Below, piece after piece: positions 45,653 to 54,417 of a DNA stretch of 54,417 nucleotides. The position numbers and the translations under genes are program-made. A model generated the notes under the pieces. It had not been told where the DNA came from and did no database searches. It saw nothing but the letters and a program-made list of their open reading frames with translations. The number at the start of each line of letters is the position of its first letter. Within the stretch, counting starts at the first letter, position 1. This DNA comes from Thermomicrobiales bacterium (GTDB lineage: Bacteria; Chloroflexota; Chloroflexia; Thermomicrobiales; UBA6265): the NCBI GenBank assembly GCA_035540335.1, contig DATLHE010000195.1:1-54417 (forward strand), in the 5' to 3' direction.

Positions 45653-46635
45653 TCACCCGCATGCGGGGGCTTCCCCGTTCCCTGCGCTGGACGCCTCGCG
45701 CGCCACGGCCGGCGGCGCCCGCGCCGGCGCCGGAGGCGTTGCTCGATGAGGCGCTGCTCGGGCGGCTGCGGGCGATCCAGATCGACCTGCGGAACCTGCC
45801 GACGCATGGCCTCGCCGGCGAGCACCGCTCGCGGCAGCGCGGGCCGTCGCCGGAGTTCTCGGATTTCCGGCCCTACTCGATCGGCGACGACTTCCGGCGC
45901 ATCGACTGGAACGCCTACGCGCGGTTCGACGAGCTGTTCATCCGGGAGAGCGAGACGACGACCGAGATCGACGTCCACGTGCTGCTCGACCTGGGGCCGA
46001 CGATGGCGTGGACGAGCGACGACCGGCTGCCGACGAAGGGGCGGTATGGCCTGCGGCTGACGGCGGCGTTGGGGTATCTGAGCCTGTGGCACCTGGACCG
46101 CTTCTCGGTCCGGCCGCTCGGGGTCGGGGGGCCGATGTTCGGGCCGATCCAGGGGCGGAGCGCGATCCTGCCGATGTTGCACTATCTCCAGCGGCTGCCC
46201 GCCGGGGAGCCGGTCGATCCGGTGGCGGCGCTGACGCAGTACATCTGGCACCGGCGGCCGGGCTCGCTGCTGGTCATCTCCGACTTCGTCCACACCGACC
46301 CGGCGCCGCTGGAGGCGGTGCTGCGCACCGCTCGCGGCCGCGGGTGGCGGGTGCGGCTGCTGCACATCCAGGACCCGGCGGAGGCTGATCCCGGCGAGTG
46401 GCTTGTGCGCGACGAGGTGACGGAGCTGGTCGAGAGCGGGTCGAAGGCGCGGCTGACGGTGCGGGCCAACCCGCGCACGCGGCAGGCGTACCTGGCCGAC
46501 CGGCAGGCGTGGCTGGACGGGCTCGGCGCGGTCGCCACGCAGCACGGCATCCTCCATGACGTGATCACGACCGACGAGGCGATCGATGACGTGATCATCG
46601 CCACGTTCGGCGTGCCGGGGGCGGTGCGGCGATGA
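45649..46635 (+). CDS. DUF58-domain protein (VWA-like, MoxR-associated family)
   Basis: ATGA overlap at the start. 'GEHRSRQRGPSPEFSDFRPYSIGDDFRRIDWNAYARFDELFIRE' is the classic DUF58 signature. Confidence 0.85.
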   Translation: MITRMRGLPRSLRWTPRAPRPAAPAPAPEALLDEALLGRLRAIQIDLRNLPTHGLAGEHRSRQRGPSPEFSDFRPYSIGDDFRRIDWNAYARFDELFIRESETTTEIDVHVLLDLGPTMAWTSDDRLPTKGRYGLRLTAALGYLSLWHLDRFSVRPLGVGGPMFGPIQGRSAILPMLHYLQRLPAGEPVDPVAALTQYIWHRRPGSLLVISDFVHTDPAPLEAVLRTARGRGWRVRLLHIQDPAEADPGEWLVRDEVTELVESGSKARLTVRANPRTRQAYLADRQAWLDGLGAVATQHGILHDVITTDEAIDDVIIATFGVPGAVRR

Positions 46636-48626
46636 GCGCGCCGGTCTCCCTGCTCGCGCCGATCGGGCTGCTTGCGGCGATGTCGCTGGCCGTGATCGTG
46701 TTGCTGCACATGCGGCGACAGACGCCGCCGGCGCGGGCGTTCCCTTCGCTGCGCTTCTGGACACCGTCGCCGCCCGAGACGTCGGAGCGGACGCGCCTGC
46801 GGCGCCCTCCCCTCTCCGCGCTGCTGATCGCGCAGCTGCTCGCGGCGCTGCTGATCGCGCTGGCGCTGGCGCGGCCGGCGACGGACGGGGTGCTGGGGTT
46901 CTTCTCGAGCCGGACGACGCCGCTGCACCAGGTGATCGTGCTCGATGGCTCGACCAGCATGCTGGCCGCCGACCCGTCCGACCGGGAGCGGACGCGGTTC
47001 ACCGAGGCGACGGACGCGGCGGTGAAGGCGCTCGACGACTGGCAGCCGGGCGACGTGGCGACGGTGATGCTGGTCGGCACCGGGGACCAGACCTGGTCGG
47101 CGTCCGACCGGCAGCAGATCGGCGACCTGCGCACGCGGGTCGAGCGGCTGCGGCCGCCCGGCGGGCAGGCGAACCTGAACGACGCGCTGCGGCTGGCGGG
47201 GGACATCCTGCTGCCGGACCGGGAGCACAAGGTGATCGTCGTCACGGATGGCGCGCAGACAGTCGACCCGGCGGTGGCCGGGGCGATCGACGCGCCGATC
47301 ACGCTGCGGCAGGTTGGACAGGGGGCGACGACAGATAACCTCGCGATCACGTCGATCGCGGCGCGGCCGTCCGCGAGCCGGAACTGGTCGCTCCGGCTGG
47401 CGTTCACGCTCTCGCATTTCGGGAGCGAGGCGACGACGGTGCCGTACACCGTGACGGCGGACGGGATCGAGCTCGTCACTGACGCGGTGACGGTGGGAGC
47501 GCAGGATCAGCGACAGATCGAGCTTGACCTGCCGGCGGGCACGAACGAGGTCGCCGTCTCGCTACGGGCGGACGACGCGCTGGTCGTCGACAACCGGGCG
47601 ATCCTGCGGCTGGCCAGCGACGACCTGGCGCAGCGCCAAATCCTTCTGCTGTCCGACAATCCGGGCGCTTTGCAGCATGCGCTGGAAACGATGCCCGGCG
47701 CGCGGGTCGATGTGATGCCGGGCGCGACGCCCGGGATCAAGGCGCTGTCGGCGGCGTATGACCTCGTCGTGTTCGAGGGCATCAGCCCGACGGAGAACGA
47801 CATCCCGGACGTGCCGATGATCCTCCTGCAGCCACAGCCGCTGTCCGACGGGCGGTTCGCGATCGACGGCTCGCTGAGCGCGCCGCACGGCGAGCCGACG
47901 GCGGCGGGCGACCCAGTGCTGCGAGACGTCGACTTCTCCGGCGTGACGTTCGACACGATGCCGCGCTACGCGCTGGCCCAGGGCGAGCAGCAGATCGCCG
48001 CGGCACGCGAGGAGGACGGCGAGGGGCCGCTGATCTGGCGCGGGACGTTCGGCCAGACGCCGTACCTCGGGCTGGCGTTCCTTGCCGACGCGTCGAACCT
48101 GCCGAATCGCGTGGCGTTCCCGATCCTCGTCGCGAACATGGTGAACGCGCTGACGACGACCCCGCTGCCGGCGTCGGTGTCGCTCGGGGCGACGGTGCCG
48201 CTGACGCCGGCGGGCGACGTTTCGCGGATGGCGGTGACCTTGCCGGGTGGCCGGGTGGTGACGCTGGAGGTGCCGTCCGGCGAGGGGCGGGCCGCGGCGC
48301 TGCCGTTCACGGAGACCAACGAGCCGGGTGTCTACTCGGTCGTCGAGACGCGGGCGAACGGGGATGATGCCGCCTCCGGCGTCTTCGTCGTCAACGCCGG
48401 TGACCGGCAGGAGTCGAACCTGGCGCCGAATCCGGACCTTGCGTCGCTGCTGGCGGGCGGGTCGCAGGCGGACGCCGGAGGCGCGGCGAGCGACGGGGTG
48501 TTGCAGGAGCTGTGGCCGCTGCTCGTTGGCGCGGCGATCGCCGTCGCCGGCGCCGAGTGGTTGCTGCGGATGCGGCAGGATCGCCGCCGGGGCGCGGCGA
48601 GCGTGGCGAGGAGGGCCCCGTCATGA
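46632..48626 (+). CDS. BatA-like protein (N-terminal double-TM aerotolerance-regulator domain + VWA domain)
   Basis: ATGA overlap at the start. 'LLAPIGLLAAMSLAVIVLLHMRRQTPPARAFPSLRFW' is a BatA_N-type N-terminus. VWA region 'VIVLDGSTSMLA'. C-terminal TM. Confidence 0.8.
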   Translation: MSAPVSLLAPIGLLAAMSLAVIVLLHMRRQTPPARAFPSLRFWTPSPPETSERTRLRRPPLSALLIAQLLAALLIALALARPATDGVLGFFSSRTTPLHQVIVLDGSTSMLAADPSDRERTRFTEATDAAVKALDDWQPGDVATVMLVGTGDQTWSASDRQQIGDLRTRVERLRPPGGQANLNDALRLAGDILLPDREHKVIVVTDGAQTVDPAVAGAIDAPITLRQVGQGATTDNLAITSIAARPSASRNWSLRLAFTLSHFGSEATTVPYTVTADGIELVTDAVTVGAQDQRQIELDLPAGTNEVAVSLRADDALVVDNRAILRLASDDLAQRQILLLSDNPGALQHALETMPGARVDVMPGATPGIKALSAAYDLVVFEGISPTENDIPDVPMILLQPQPLSDGRFAIDGSLSAPHGEPTAAGDPVLRDVDFSGVTFDTMPRYALAQGEQQIAAAREEDGEGPLIWRGTFGQTPYLGLAFLADASNLPNRVAFPILVANMVNALTTTPLPASVSLGATVPLTPAGDVSRMAVTLPGGRVVTLEVPSGEGRAAALPFTETNEPGVYSVVETRANGDDAASGVFVVNAGDRQESNLAPNPDLASLLAGGSQADAGGAASDGVLQELWPLLVGAAIAVAGAEWLLRMRQDRRRGAASVARRAPS

Positions 48627-51247
48627 GCTGGCCCACGATCGACCTGCTTCGCCCCTGGGTGCTTGTGCTGATCCCGGTCGCGCTGGTGCTGGTGGTCGGG
48701 TCGGCACTGCTGATGGGCCGCGGCTGGCGCGACCGCGCGGCATGGCTCCGCGGCGGCGTGCTGATCCTGCTGGTGATCGCGCTGGCGGGGCCGATGCTGG
48801 GGCTCGCGGCGAAAGGCTCGACGACCATCTTCGTGGTCGACCAGTCCGCGAGCGTGCAGACCGCCTCGCGCGACGCCGCCGACCGGTGGGTCAAGGACAC
48901 GTTGGCGCAGTCCGGGATCGACGATTCCGCGGCGGTGATCACGTTTGGCGCGGATGCGACGCTTGCCGCGCCGCCGGGCGGGGCCAGCAGCGTGGGCGCC
49001 TCGTGGCAGCCGGCGGAGGTGACGGGCGCCGAGGGAAACGCGACGAACATGGAATCCGCGCTGGCGCTGGCGAACGCGCTGCCGGTCGGCGAGCAGCGGT
49101 CGATCGTGCTGATGACGGATGGCGCGCAGACGGCCGGCGACGCGCTGACGCAGGTCGACCAGGCGGCGGCGAGTGGCGTGCCGATCTCCGTGGTGCCGTT
49201 GGCGGGTATCGGCAATGATCTTTATGTCGCCTCGCTCAGCGGGCCGCACACGCTCTGGCAGGGGCAGGACCTGGACGTCCAGGCGACGATCGGGTCCGAC
49301 GCGGGCGGCACGGCGTCGGTTGAGCTGCTGGTCGACGGCACGACGGTGGCGACGACCAACGCCGCGCTGCATCCGGGATCGACGGTCGTGCCGCTGACGG
49401 CGACGGGTCTGACGCCCGGCTTCCACGCGGTCGAGGTGCGCGTCGCGGGCGGCGCGGACATCGACGCGATCGCCCAGAACAACAGCGCGCCGCTCGGGGT
49501 CGTCGTGCGGGACAAGCCGAAGGTGCTGCTCGTGGCGCCGGAGGGGGCGGACACGTCGCGCTTGCAGCAGGCGCTGGCGACGGAGGGCGCGGACGTGAGC
49601 GTCTCGCTCCCGGCCGATGTGCCGGTGCGGCTTTCGGAACTCTCCGTCTACGACGCGATCGTGCTGAACAATGTGCCGGCATGGACGCTGAACGAGGATC
49701 AGCAGGGCGCGATCGTCGCCCACACCCGCGAGGGACGTGGGCTGATCGTCGTCGGCGGGTCGGCGGCATACGGGCCGGGCTCCTACGCGGGGACGACGCT
49801 CGAGGACGCGCTGCCGGTGACCGTGAAGGTCACGGACGGCCGCCAGCGGCCGCGGGTGGCGCTGATGATCGTGATGGACAAGTCGGGGTCGATGAGCTAC
49901 AACCCGGCCGAGGGTGGCGGATCGAAGATCGATCTGGCCAAGGAGGGCGTGATGTCGGCCGCGCGGGCATTGGCGCCCGGCGACCAGCTCGGCGTGCTCG
50001 CCTTCAACGACGAGCCTACGTGGGCGGTGCCGATGGCGCCGATCGGCAGCACGGACGACCTCGCGCGCATCCAGGACGCGATCGCTCCCCTCTCGCCGGA
50101 CGGCGGCACCGAGATCTACCCCGCGCTGCAGGTGGCGTACGACTCGATGCGCAACGTCGACGCCGATGTCCGGCACATCATCCTCCTCTCCGACGGCAAG
50201 TCGCGCAGCGGCTCGAACGAGAGCTACCTGCGGCTCGTCGAGGACATCGGCAAGGACAACATCACACTCTCGACGGTCGCGCTCGGCTCCGACGCCGACG
50301 TCTCGCTGTTGCAGACGCTCGCGCAGTCGGGGCATGGCCGCTACCACTTCGCGGAGAAGCCGGACGACATCCCGGTGATCACCTTCCAGGAGGCGCGCAG
50401 CGCCGGCAGCCAGTCCGTGCTGCGCGGCTCGTTCGCGCTGCTGCCGCAGGCGGCGAGCCCGCTGCTGAACCACCTCGACACGAGCGCGCTGCCGCCGGTC
50501 GACGCCTACGACTTCGCCGCCGCGCGCACGGGCGCCCAGGTTGACCTGACGAGCGACCGGCGCGACCCGTTGCTCGTGAAATGGCAGATGGGGCTTGGGC
50601 GGGTCGTCTCATGGCTGGGCGACGACGGCAGCGATTTCGCCAGCCAGTGGGCGACGTGGCCGGAGTACGATGCGTTCTGGGGCAACACGCTGCGCTGGTC
50701 GCTGCCGGACCCCGAGCACACGTCGGTGACGGCGAGCCTGACGTCCGACGGACGCGACGCGGTGGTGACGCTGGACGCCTTGACGGCGGACGGCGAGGAG
50801 ATCGACCTCACGGGCGGCCGCGCGAGCCTCACCGGGCCGGAGGGGACGGCCGTGACGTTGCCGCTGGTGCCAGCGGGGTCTGGCATCTGGCAGGTGCGGC
50901 TGACGGAGCCGCTCGCCGGCGCATGGAAGCTGACGCTGGAAGATGCGGGACCGGCGGCGGGGACGGAGATGGCGATCACGATCCCGCCGTCGCGGGAGTT
51001 CTACCCGGATCCCGCCGCGAGCGGACTGGTGCGGGAGATCGCCGACCGGACGGGCGGGGCGATGCTGTCGCTGGACGCGCCGGCGCCCGGTAGCCTCTTC
51101 GACATGGCGACGCAGGGGAACGCGAGCCGGCCGGTGGCCGGACGGCAGGTGTGGGCGTGGCCGGTGATCGCGGCGCTGGTGTTGTTCCTGGTGGACATTG
51201 CGTTGCGGCTGGGGTTCTTCAGCGATGTGCGGCGGCGGGTGTTCTGA
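48623..51247 (+). CDS. Large VWA-domain membrane protein (two VWA domains + GATase1-like domain)
   Basis: ATGA overlap at the start, 874 aa. 'IFVVDQSASV' and 'MIVMDKSGSM' are MIDAS-type motifs. 'VLLVAPEG...YDAIVLNNVP...GLIVVGG' resembles a class-I amidotransferase domain. C-terminal TM. Confidence 0.8.
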   Translation: MSWPTIDLLRPWVLVLIPVALVLVVGSALLMGRGWRDRAAWLRGGVLILLVIALAGPMLGLAAKGSTTIFVVDQSASVQTASRDAADRWVKDTLAQSGIDDSAAVITFGADATLAAPPGGASSVGASWQPAEVTGAEGNATNMESALALANALPVGEQRSIVLMTDGAQTAGDALTQVDQAAASGVPISVVPLAGIGNDLYVASLSGPHTLWQGQDLDVQATIGSDAGGTASVELLVDGTTVATTNAALHPGSTVVPLTATGLTPGFHAVEVRVAGGADIDAIAQNNSAPLGVVVRDKPKVLLVAPEGADTSRLQQALATEGADVSVSLPADVPVRLSELSVYDAIVLNNVPAWTLNEDQQGAIVAHTREGRGLIVVGGSAAYGPGSYAGTTLEDALPVTVKVTDGRQRPRVALMIVMDKSGSMSYNPAEGGGSKIDLAKEGVMSAARALAPGDQLGVLAFNDEPTWAVPMAPIGSTDDLARIQDAIAPLSPDGGTEIYPALQVAYDSMRNVDADVRHIILLSDGKSRSGSNESYLRLVEDIGKDNITLSTVALGSDADVSLLQTLAQSGHGRYHFAEKPDDIPVITFQEARSAGSQSVLRGSFALLPQAASPLLNHLDTSALPPVDAYDFAAARTGAQVDLTSDRRDPLLVKWQMGLGRVVSWLGDDGSDFASQWATWPEYDAFWGNTLRWSLPDPEHTSVTASLTSDGRDAVVTLDALTADGEEIDLTGGRASLTGPEGTAVTLPLVPAGSGIWQVRLTEPLAGAWKLTLEDAGPAAGTEMAITIPPSREFYPDPAASGLVREIADRTGGAMLSLDAPAPGSLFDMATQGNASRPVAGRQVWAWPVIAALVLFLVDIALRLGFFSDVRRRVF

Positions 51248-51484
51248 CAGCGGTCAGACCGGGCGCCCCGCCATGATTCTCGCCCGCTCGCCTGTGGCGG
51301 GTGGACCAGGGTCCACCCCTCCCCTCCTGCCGGTGAACGGCCCGCCATCACCATGCGCTCCCGCCGCGACCAGCGCTTCGCGCAGGGTCCCAAGCCATGC
51401 TCTGGGTCTGGGTCACAGCATGAGGGGTGATTGAAGAGCGCCATACCACCATCGTGACGCCCGTGCGTGCTGCTGCGGGGCGCA

Positions 51485-51558
51485 CGACGGGAGGGATTGA
51501 ACGCGCGCATGGGGGCTGCCCGTTTGGGTGGGTGAGCGCGTTCAATCCCTCCCTACGC
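51485..51558. repeat. Family-A hairpin element
   Basis: CGACGGGAGGGATTGAACGCG ... CGCGTTCAATCCCTCCCTACG. The arms are perfectly complementary here. Confidence 0.85.
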
Positions 51559-51800
51559 CGGGTACCGCCCGCACCTGCTCAACGCGGCGTTATAGAGCAA
51601 TTCCCGACATGATTGGCACGCGGCGGGAATGCTCGCCGGTACGGTCGCAACGTTTCCGAGATTCGATGTAGGGGCGGACATGAAGGGCTCGCTCGGCTTC
51701 TCGCCCTCCGGCCTCGGCCGGGTCCGAACGTACAACGCACGTGGCGGATCCCGCCATGGCGTGCCGCTCCCGTCCATATCAGACCCGAGGCGGTGGTGTG

Positions 51801-53222
51801 TTATGTCGCGTCGTTGGCGTCGGCTGGTGCGGAGTGGTCGATGACGCGGGCGTATTCGGTGGATTCGTCACCCGTGCCGTAGGGGACGGGGTCGGGTTTG
51901 GGGACGTAGGGCGTGTCTGACAGGACCTGACGGGCATGGGTGGCGATCTGGGCGACATCGCCGCGGGTGGCGGGATCCTGGCGAGCGTCGGCGACGGCGG
52001 TGATCCACGTCGCGGCCTCGAAGGTCCATTCGTCGATGAATTCGTAGAGACAGTGGCCGCCGTCGGCCTGCCAGACGAGGGTCGCCCGGTTGCCGGCGCG
52101 GTTGGCGAGGAGCTGGGCTTCGGCTGGCGGGACGATGACGTCCCTCCCCGCCCCGAAGACGAGCAACGGCTGGCGGCTGTTGGCGGCGGCCTCGTGCAGC
52201 GAGAAGCCGGCGACGTGTTCGGCGGCCTCGGCGTCGAACTGGCCGCTCATGAGGAGACCGAGCTGCTGGTGCAGCAGCGGGCTTGCCCTGTGGATCCAGC
52301 GGGCCGGCTCGTACGGCGGGGTGACGGCGACGGCGGCCATGATGCGCCGGTCGTAGGTGGCGCAGCGGACGGCCTGGTTGCCGCCGAGACTGACGCCGGC
52401 GACGACGACGCGGCGGAGGTCGATCATCGGCTCGTCGGCAAAGAGCTCGAAGAAGCCGTCGAGGATATCGTCCTGGTCCGGAAGGAACTCCCCTACCCCG
52501 GTCGCCTCGCCCGTGCCGGGGCTGTCGAGGGCAAGGACGGCGTAGCCCTGCTCGATGAAGCGATCGCTCCAGGCGAAGGTCTCCTCCTTGGAGGTGCTTG
52601 CGCCGTTGAGGATGACGACGACGCCGACCGGTCGCGTCAGCGGCTCGGGAGTGCGGATGTAGGCCGGGAGCGACTGGGCGCGCCACGGGATGCGGATGTG
52701 GCGGACGTTGGGGTGCAGGTAGGGCAGCGACCGGGTGAACAGGGAGGCGGCGGCGGCGCGGCATTTGAGGACGATGCGGGGGTCGTCCAGCTCGAAGACC
52801 TGCGCGGCGTGGTAGCAGAGGGCGGCGAGACACTGGGCTTGGGCGGCCTCCGGCAGGTTGGAGGCGGAGACCTGGCGGCGGAACTCGCCGAGGTAGCGCT
52901 GCGCGGTCTCGATCCACTGGTTGGCCCAGGCGCTGGCGCCACGAATCTGGCCGAGAGTGCTGTCGATCGTCTCGGCCGGCAGGCCCATCGCGAGGAAGCG
53001 CTGGCGGACCGAGGCCGGGATGACGCGCGCGGAGCGCATGCGGAAGATCATGTCGACCGAGCGCCGGTCGAGCCGATGCGACCACCGCCAGGCGTCCGGC
53101 GCATAGCGCCAGGCGGGCGGGGTCGTCGGGACGGCCGCGCGGTCCGTCGTGGGGGCGCCGGGCGTGTCCGCCTCGACGGCGTCGATGTCGTCGATATCGT
53201 GGAAGGGTTCTCTCTCAACCAT
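51801..53222 (-). CDS. Alpha/beta hydrolase with an N-terminal helical domain (FrsA/DUF1100-like)
   Basis: 473 aa. 'VVVILNGASTSKEE', nucleophile elbow 'GVSLGG', 'DGGHC'. Confidence 0.8.
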   Translation of the reverse strand: MVEREPFHDIDDIDAVEADTPGAPTTDRAAVPTTPPAWRYAPDAWRWSHRLDRRSVDMIFRMRSARVIPASVRQRFLAMGLPAETIDSTLGQIRGASAWANQWIETAQRYLGEFRRQVSASNLPEAAQAQCLAALCYHAAQVFELDDPRIVLKCRAAAASLFTRSLPYLHPNVRHIRIPWRAQSLPAYIRTPEPLTRPVGVVVILNGASTSKEETFAWSDRFIEQGYAVLALDSPGTGEATGVGEFLPDQDDILDGFFELFADEPMIDLRRVVVAGVSLGGNQAVRCATYDRRIMAAVAVTPPYEPARWIHRASPLLHQQLGLLMSGQFDAEAAEHVAGFSLHEAAANSRQPLLVFGAGRDVIVPPAEAQLLANRAGNRATLVWQADGGHCLYEFIDEWTFEAATWITAVADARQDPATRGDVAQIATHARQVLSDTPYVPKPDPVPYGTGDESTEYARVIDHSAPADANDAT

Positions 53223-53236
53223 GCACTATCGCCTTG

Positions 53237-53839
53237 TCACACACGTATTCCCCACCAAAGGCGACGGGCCTCGTTGAGGGCGTATTGCAGATCGCGGACA
53301 TCCCGCTCGTCGCGGCAAACAAGCACGATCCGGTCCAGACGGGAGGTGAAGCGTCGCAGGTGGGCGACGATCTCCTCGATCATCATCAGCATCACGGTAT
53401 CGCTCTGGAAGCGGCCGGAGCCGAGACCGGCGCCGAGGGGCGGGATGGCGAGCGAGCGGATGCGATGGCGGTCGGCTGTCTGGAGCACGGCCGTGGTTGC
53501 CTTGCGGACGGTGTCGGAGCGGGTCGGGGCGCCGAGGGCGTCGGAGGTCACGGCGTGGATGATCAGCTTCGTGCCGTGGGCGGCGAGCTTGCCGGACGCG
53601 GTGACGATGGCGCGACCGATGGCGAGGGGCGCCTGCGCCATGGCCTCGCGCTCGATCTCCGTGCCGCCCTGGAGGCGGACCAGCCCGGCGATGCCGACGC
53701 CCATGACGCCACGCCGGTTCGCGGGCGTGACGATCGCCTCGACGCCGTGCTCGAAGATGCTGGCGGCCGAGGGGACGACCACGGTGCGCCCGAAGCGGAC
53801 GCCTGCCTCGTCGGCCTGCTGCTCGTCGTGGGTTCCCAT
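53237..53839 (-). CDS. Macro-domain (ADP-ribose-binding/processing) protein
   Basis: ORF 53237..54085 trimmed to ATG 53839. The start is uncertain because the SD lies ~18 nt away. 'EAIVTPANRRGVMGVGIAG', 'LIIHAVT', 'SLAIPPLGAGLG'. Lies 15 nt upstream of the hydrolase gene. Confidence 0.75.
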   Translation of the reverse strand: MGTHDEQQADEAGVRFGRTVVVPSAASIFEHGVEAIVTPANRRGVMGVGIAGLVRLQGGTEIEREAMAQAPLAIGRAIVTASGKLAAHGTKLIIHAVTSDALGAPTRSDTVRKATTAVLQTADRHRIRSLAIPPLGAGLGSGRFQSDTVMLMMIEEIVAHLRRFTSRLDRIVLVCRDERDVRDLQYALNEARRLWWGIRV

Positions 53840-54162
53840 CTGCTGGCGGTTGCCTGCTCCTCCGGTGACGAAACGGCCATCGTTCTGGCACGAGTCTAAT
53901 ACGGAACCGGGGGCGAGGAGTCGCTGCGCGCCGGTTTGGTGCGGGCGGCCTGAGGCTTCTCGGTGGCTCCGCCACCTCGACCATGGCGCGACGCGCGAGA
54001 AGCGGTAGCGAGCCCTCGCGTTCGCTCCGAATGACGGTTGGGTGGGAACGACCGTGGGGAGGCGGAGCGGGTCGGTTGCGGACATCGCTTCGCGTGGGGT
54101 TCATCGCTTCGCTCTGAATGAGGGTGGTTTGCTTGAGAGGGGTATGCCGCATCGCGCGGCGC

Positions 54163-54226
54163 GGGAGGGCATTGAACGCGTATTCGGTGGCCGGCCGCTT
54201 GGGTCGATGACCGCGTTCAATCCCCC
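54163..54226. repeat. Family-A hairpin element
   Basis: GGGAGGGCATTGAACGCG ... CGCGTTCAATCCCCCGG. Confidence 0.8.
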
Positions 54227-54341
54227 GGCCAAGGGCTCGCTCCGCTTCTCGCGCTCCGCGCTCGGCCGGGCCGCAGGCGAGAAGCGGAGCGGGCCTTTCC
54301 CTACGGGTCGTAACCATATCGCAAAGATCAGTCAGGGCAAC

Positions 54342-54381
54342 AGAGGTCGGCCACCGCCCGCAGGGGCAGGGCCGACCGTAC
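54342..54381. repeat. Family-D hairpin, short copy
   Basis: AGAGGTCGGCCACCGCCCGCAGGGGCAGGGCCGACCGTAC matches 26954-27020 minus an internal ~27-nt insertion. Confidence 0.75.
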
Positions 54382-54417
54382 GGGGCGTAGGGGGGCTGGT
54401 CGTGGGGTCCACCCGGG

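Noticed and set aside
51248-51800. Small ORFs between the VWA operon and the hydrolase gene (51553..51777, 51348..51545, 51198..51434).
   Set aside because: They read straight through repeat modules (family A and the 'ATGAGGGGTG' module). The same pseudo-peptides (such as ERVQSLPYG-like strings) recur wherever the repeats occur, so they are translation artefacts of the repeats.
7824-54226. Possibility that the recurring CGCGTTCAATCCCTCCCC motif marks a CRISPR array.
   Set aside because: The copies are inverted-repeat hairpins scattered tens of kb apart. They are not regularly spaced direct repeats with unique spacers, and no cas genes are present.
1-54417. Prophage, integrative element, defence island, biosynthetic gene cluster or rRNA/tRNA loci.
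   Set aside because: I recognised no integrase, recombinase, transposase, capsid, terminase or portal gene. I also saw no Cas, restriction-modification, reverse transcriptase, PKS or NRPS signatures, and no tRNA or rRNA-like sequence. The only classical accessory module is the Doc/AbrB TA pair.

Overview
High-GC (about two-thirds G+C by eye) bacterial chromosomal window, densely coding. I support about 47 protein genes. I recognise no rRNA, tRNA, CRISPR array, transposase, integrase or phage structural gene. Because of the GC content, most long ORFs in the six-frame track are antisense or out-of-frame artefacts, or carry false N-terminal extensions. I re-set many starts using Shine-Dalgarno (SD) motifs and signal peptides. 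Content from left to right: an ArsR regulator divergent from a SulP/STAS anion permease; several secreted (Tat) or membrane-anchored hypotheticals; a Gfo/Idh/MocA dehydrogenase plus SMP-30 lactonase; corA isolated between two ~640-bp non-coding stretches; a KaiC-like double ATPase plus orphan receiver; Bcp peroxiredoxin; a GT4 glycosyltransferase; alpha/beta hydrolases; a PPC/DUF296 protein; an AbrB-type antitoxin with Doc toxin; phosphoketolase, cupin, LLM (F420-type) oxidoreductase and AI-2E transporter; a DinB-like/2TM/Nudix/hydrolase operon; a 587-aa tandem ThyX-like protein; a LacI-type sugar locus (two GH42-like hydrolases, ABC transporter, amidohydrolase-2, Rieske protein); a GT-C glycosyltransferase; a five-gene ATGA-coupled DUF58/VWA (Bat-like) operon with no MoxR ATPase; and a macro-domain protein plus FrsA-like hydrolase. 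The most unusual non-genic signal is that nearly every intergenic space holds several families of short palindromic or mosaic repeats, including at least 9 copies of one ~70-nt hairpin element. I found no unambiguous new multi-gene system. The best candidates are the MoxR-less Bat-like operon, the fused ThyX-like protein, the KaiC-like/receiver pair and the repeat families. Taxonomic origin cannot be established from the sequence alone. All family calls come from motif recognition by eye, not from database searches.
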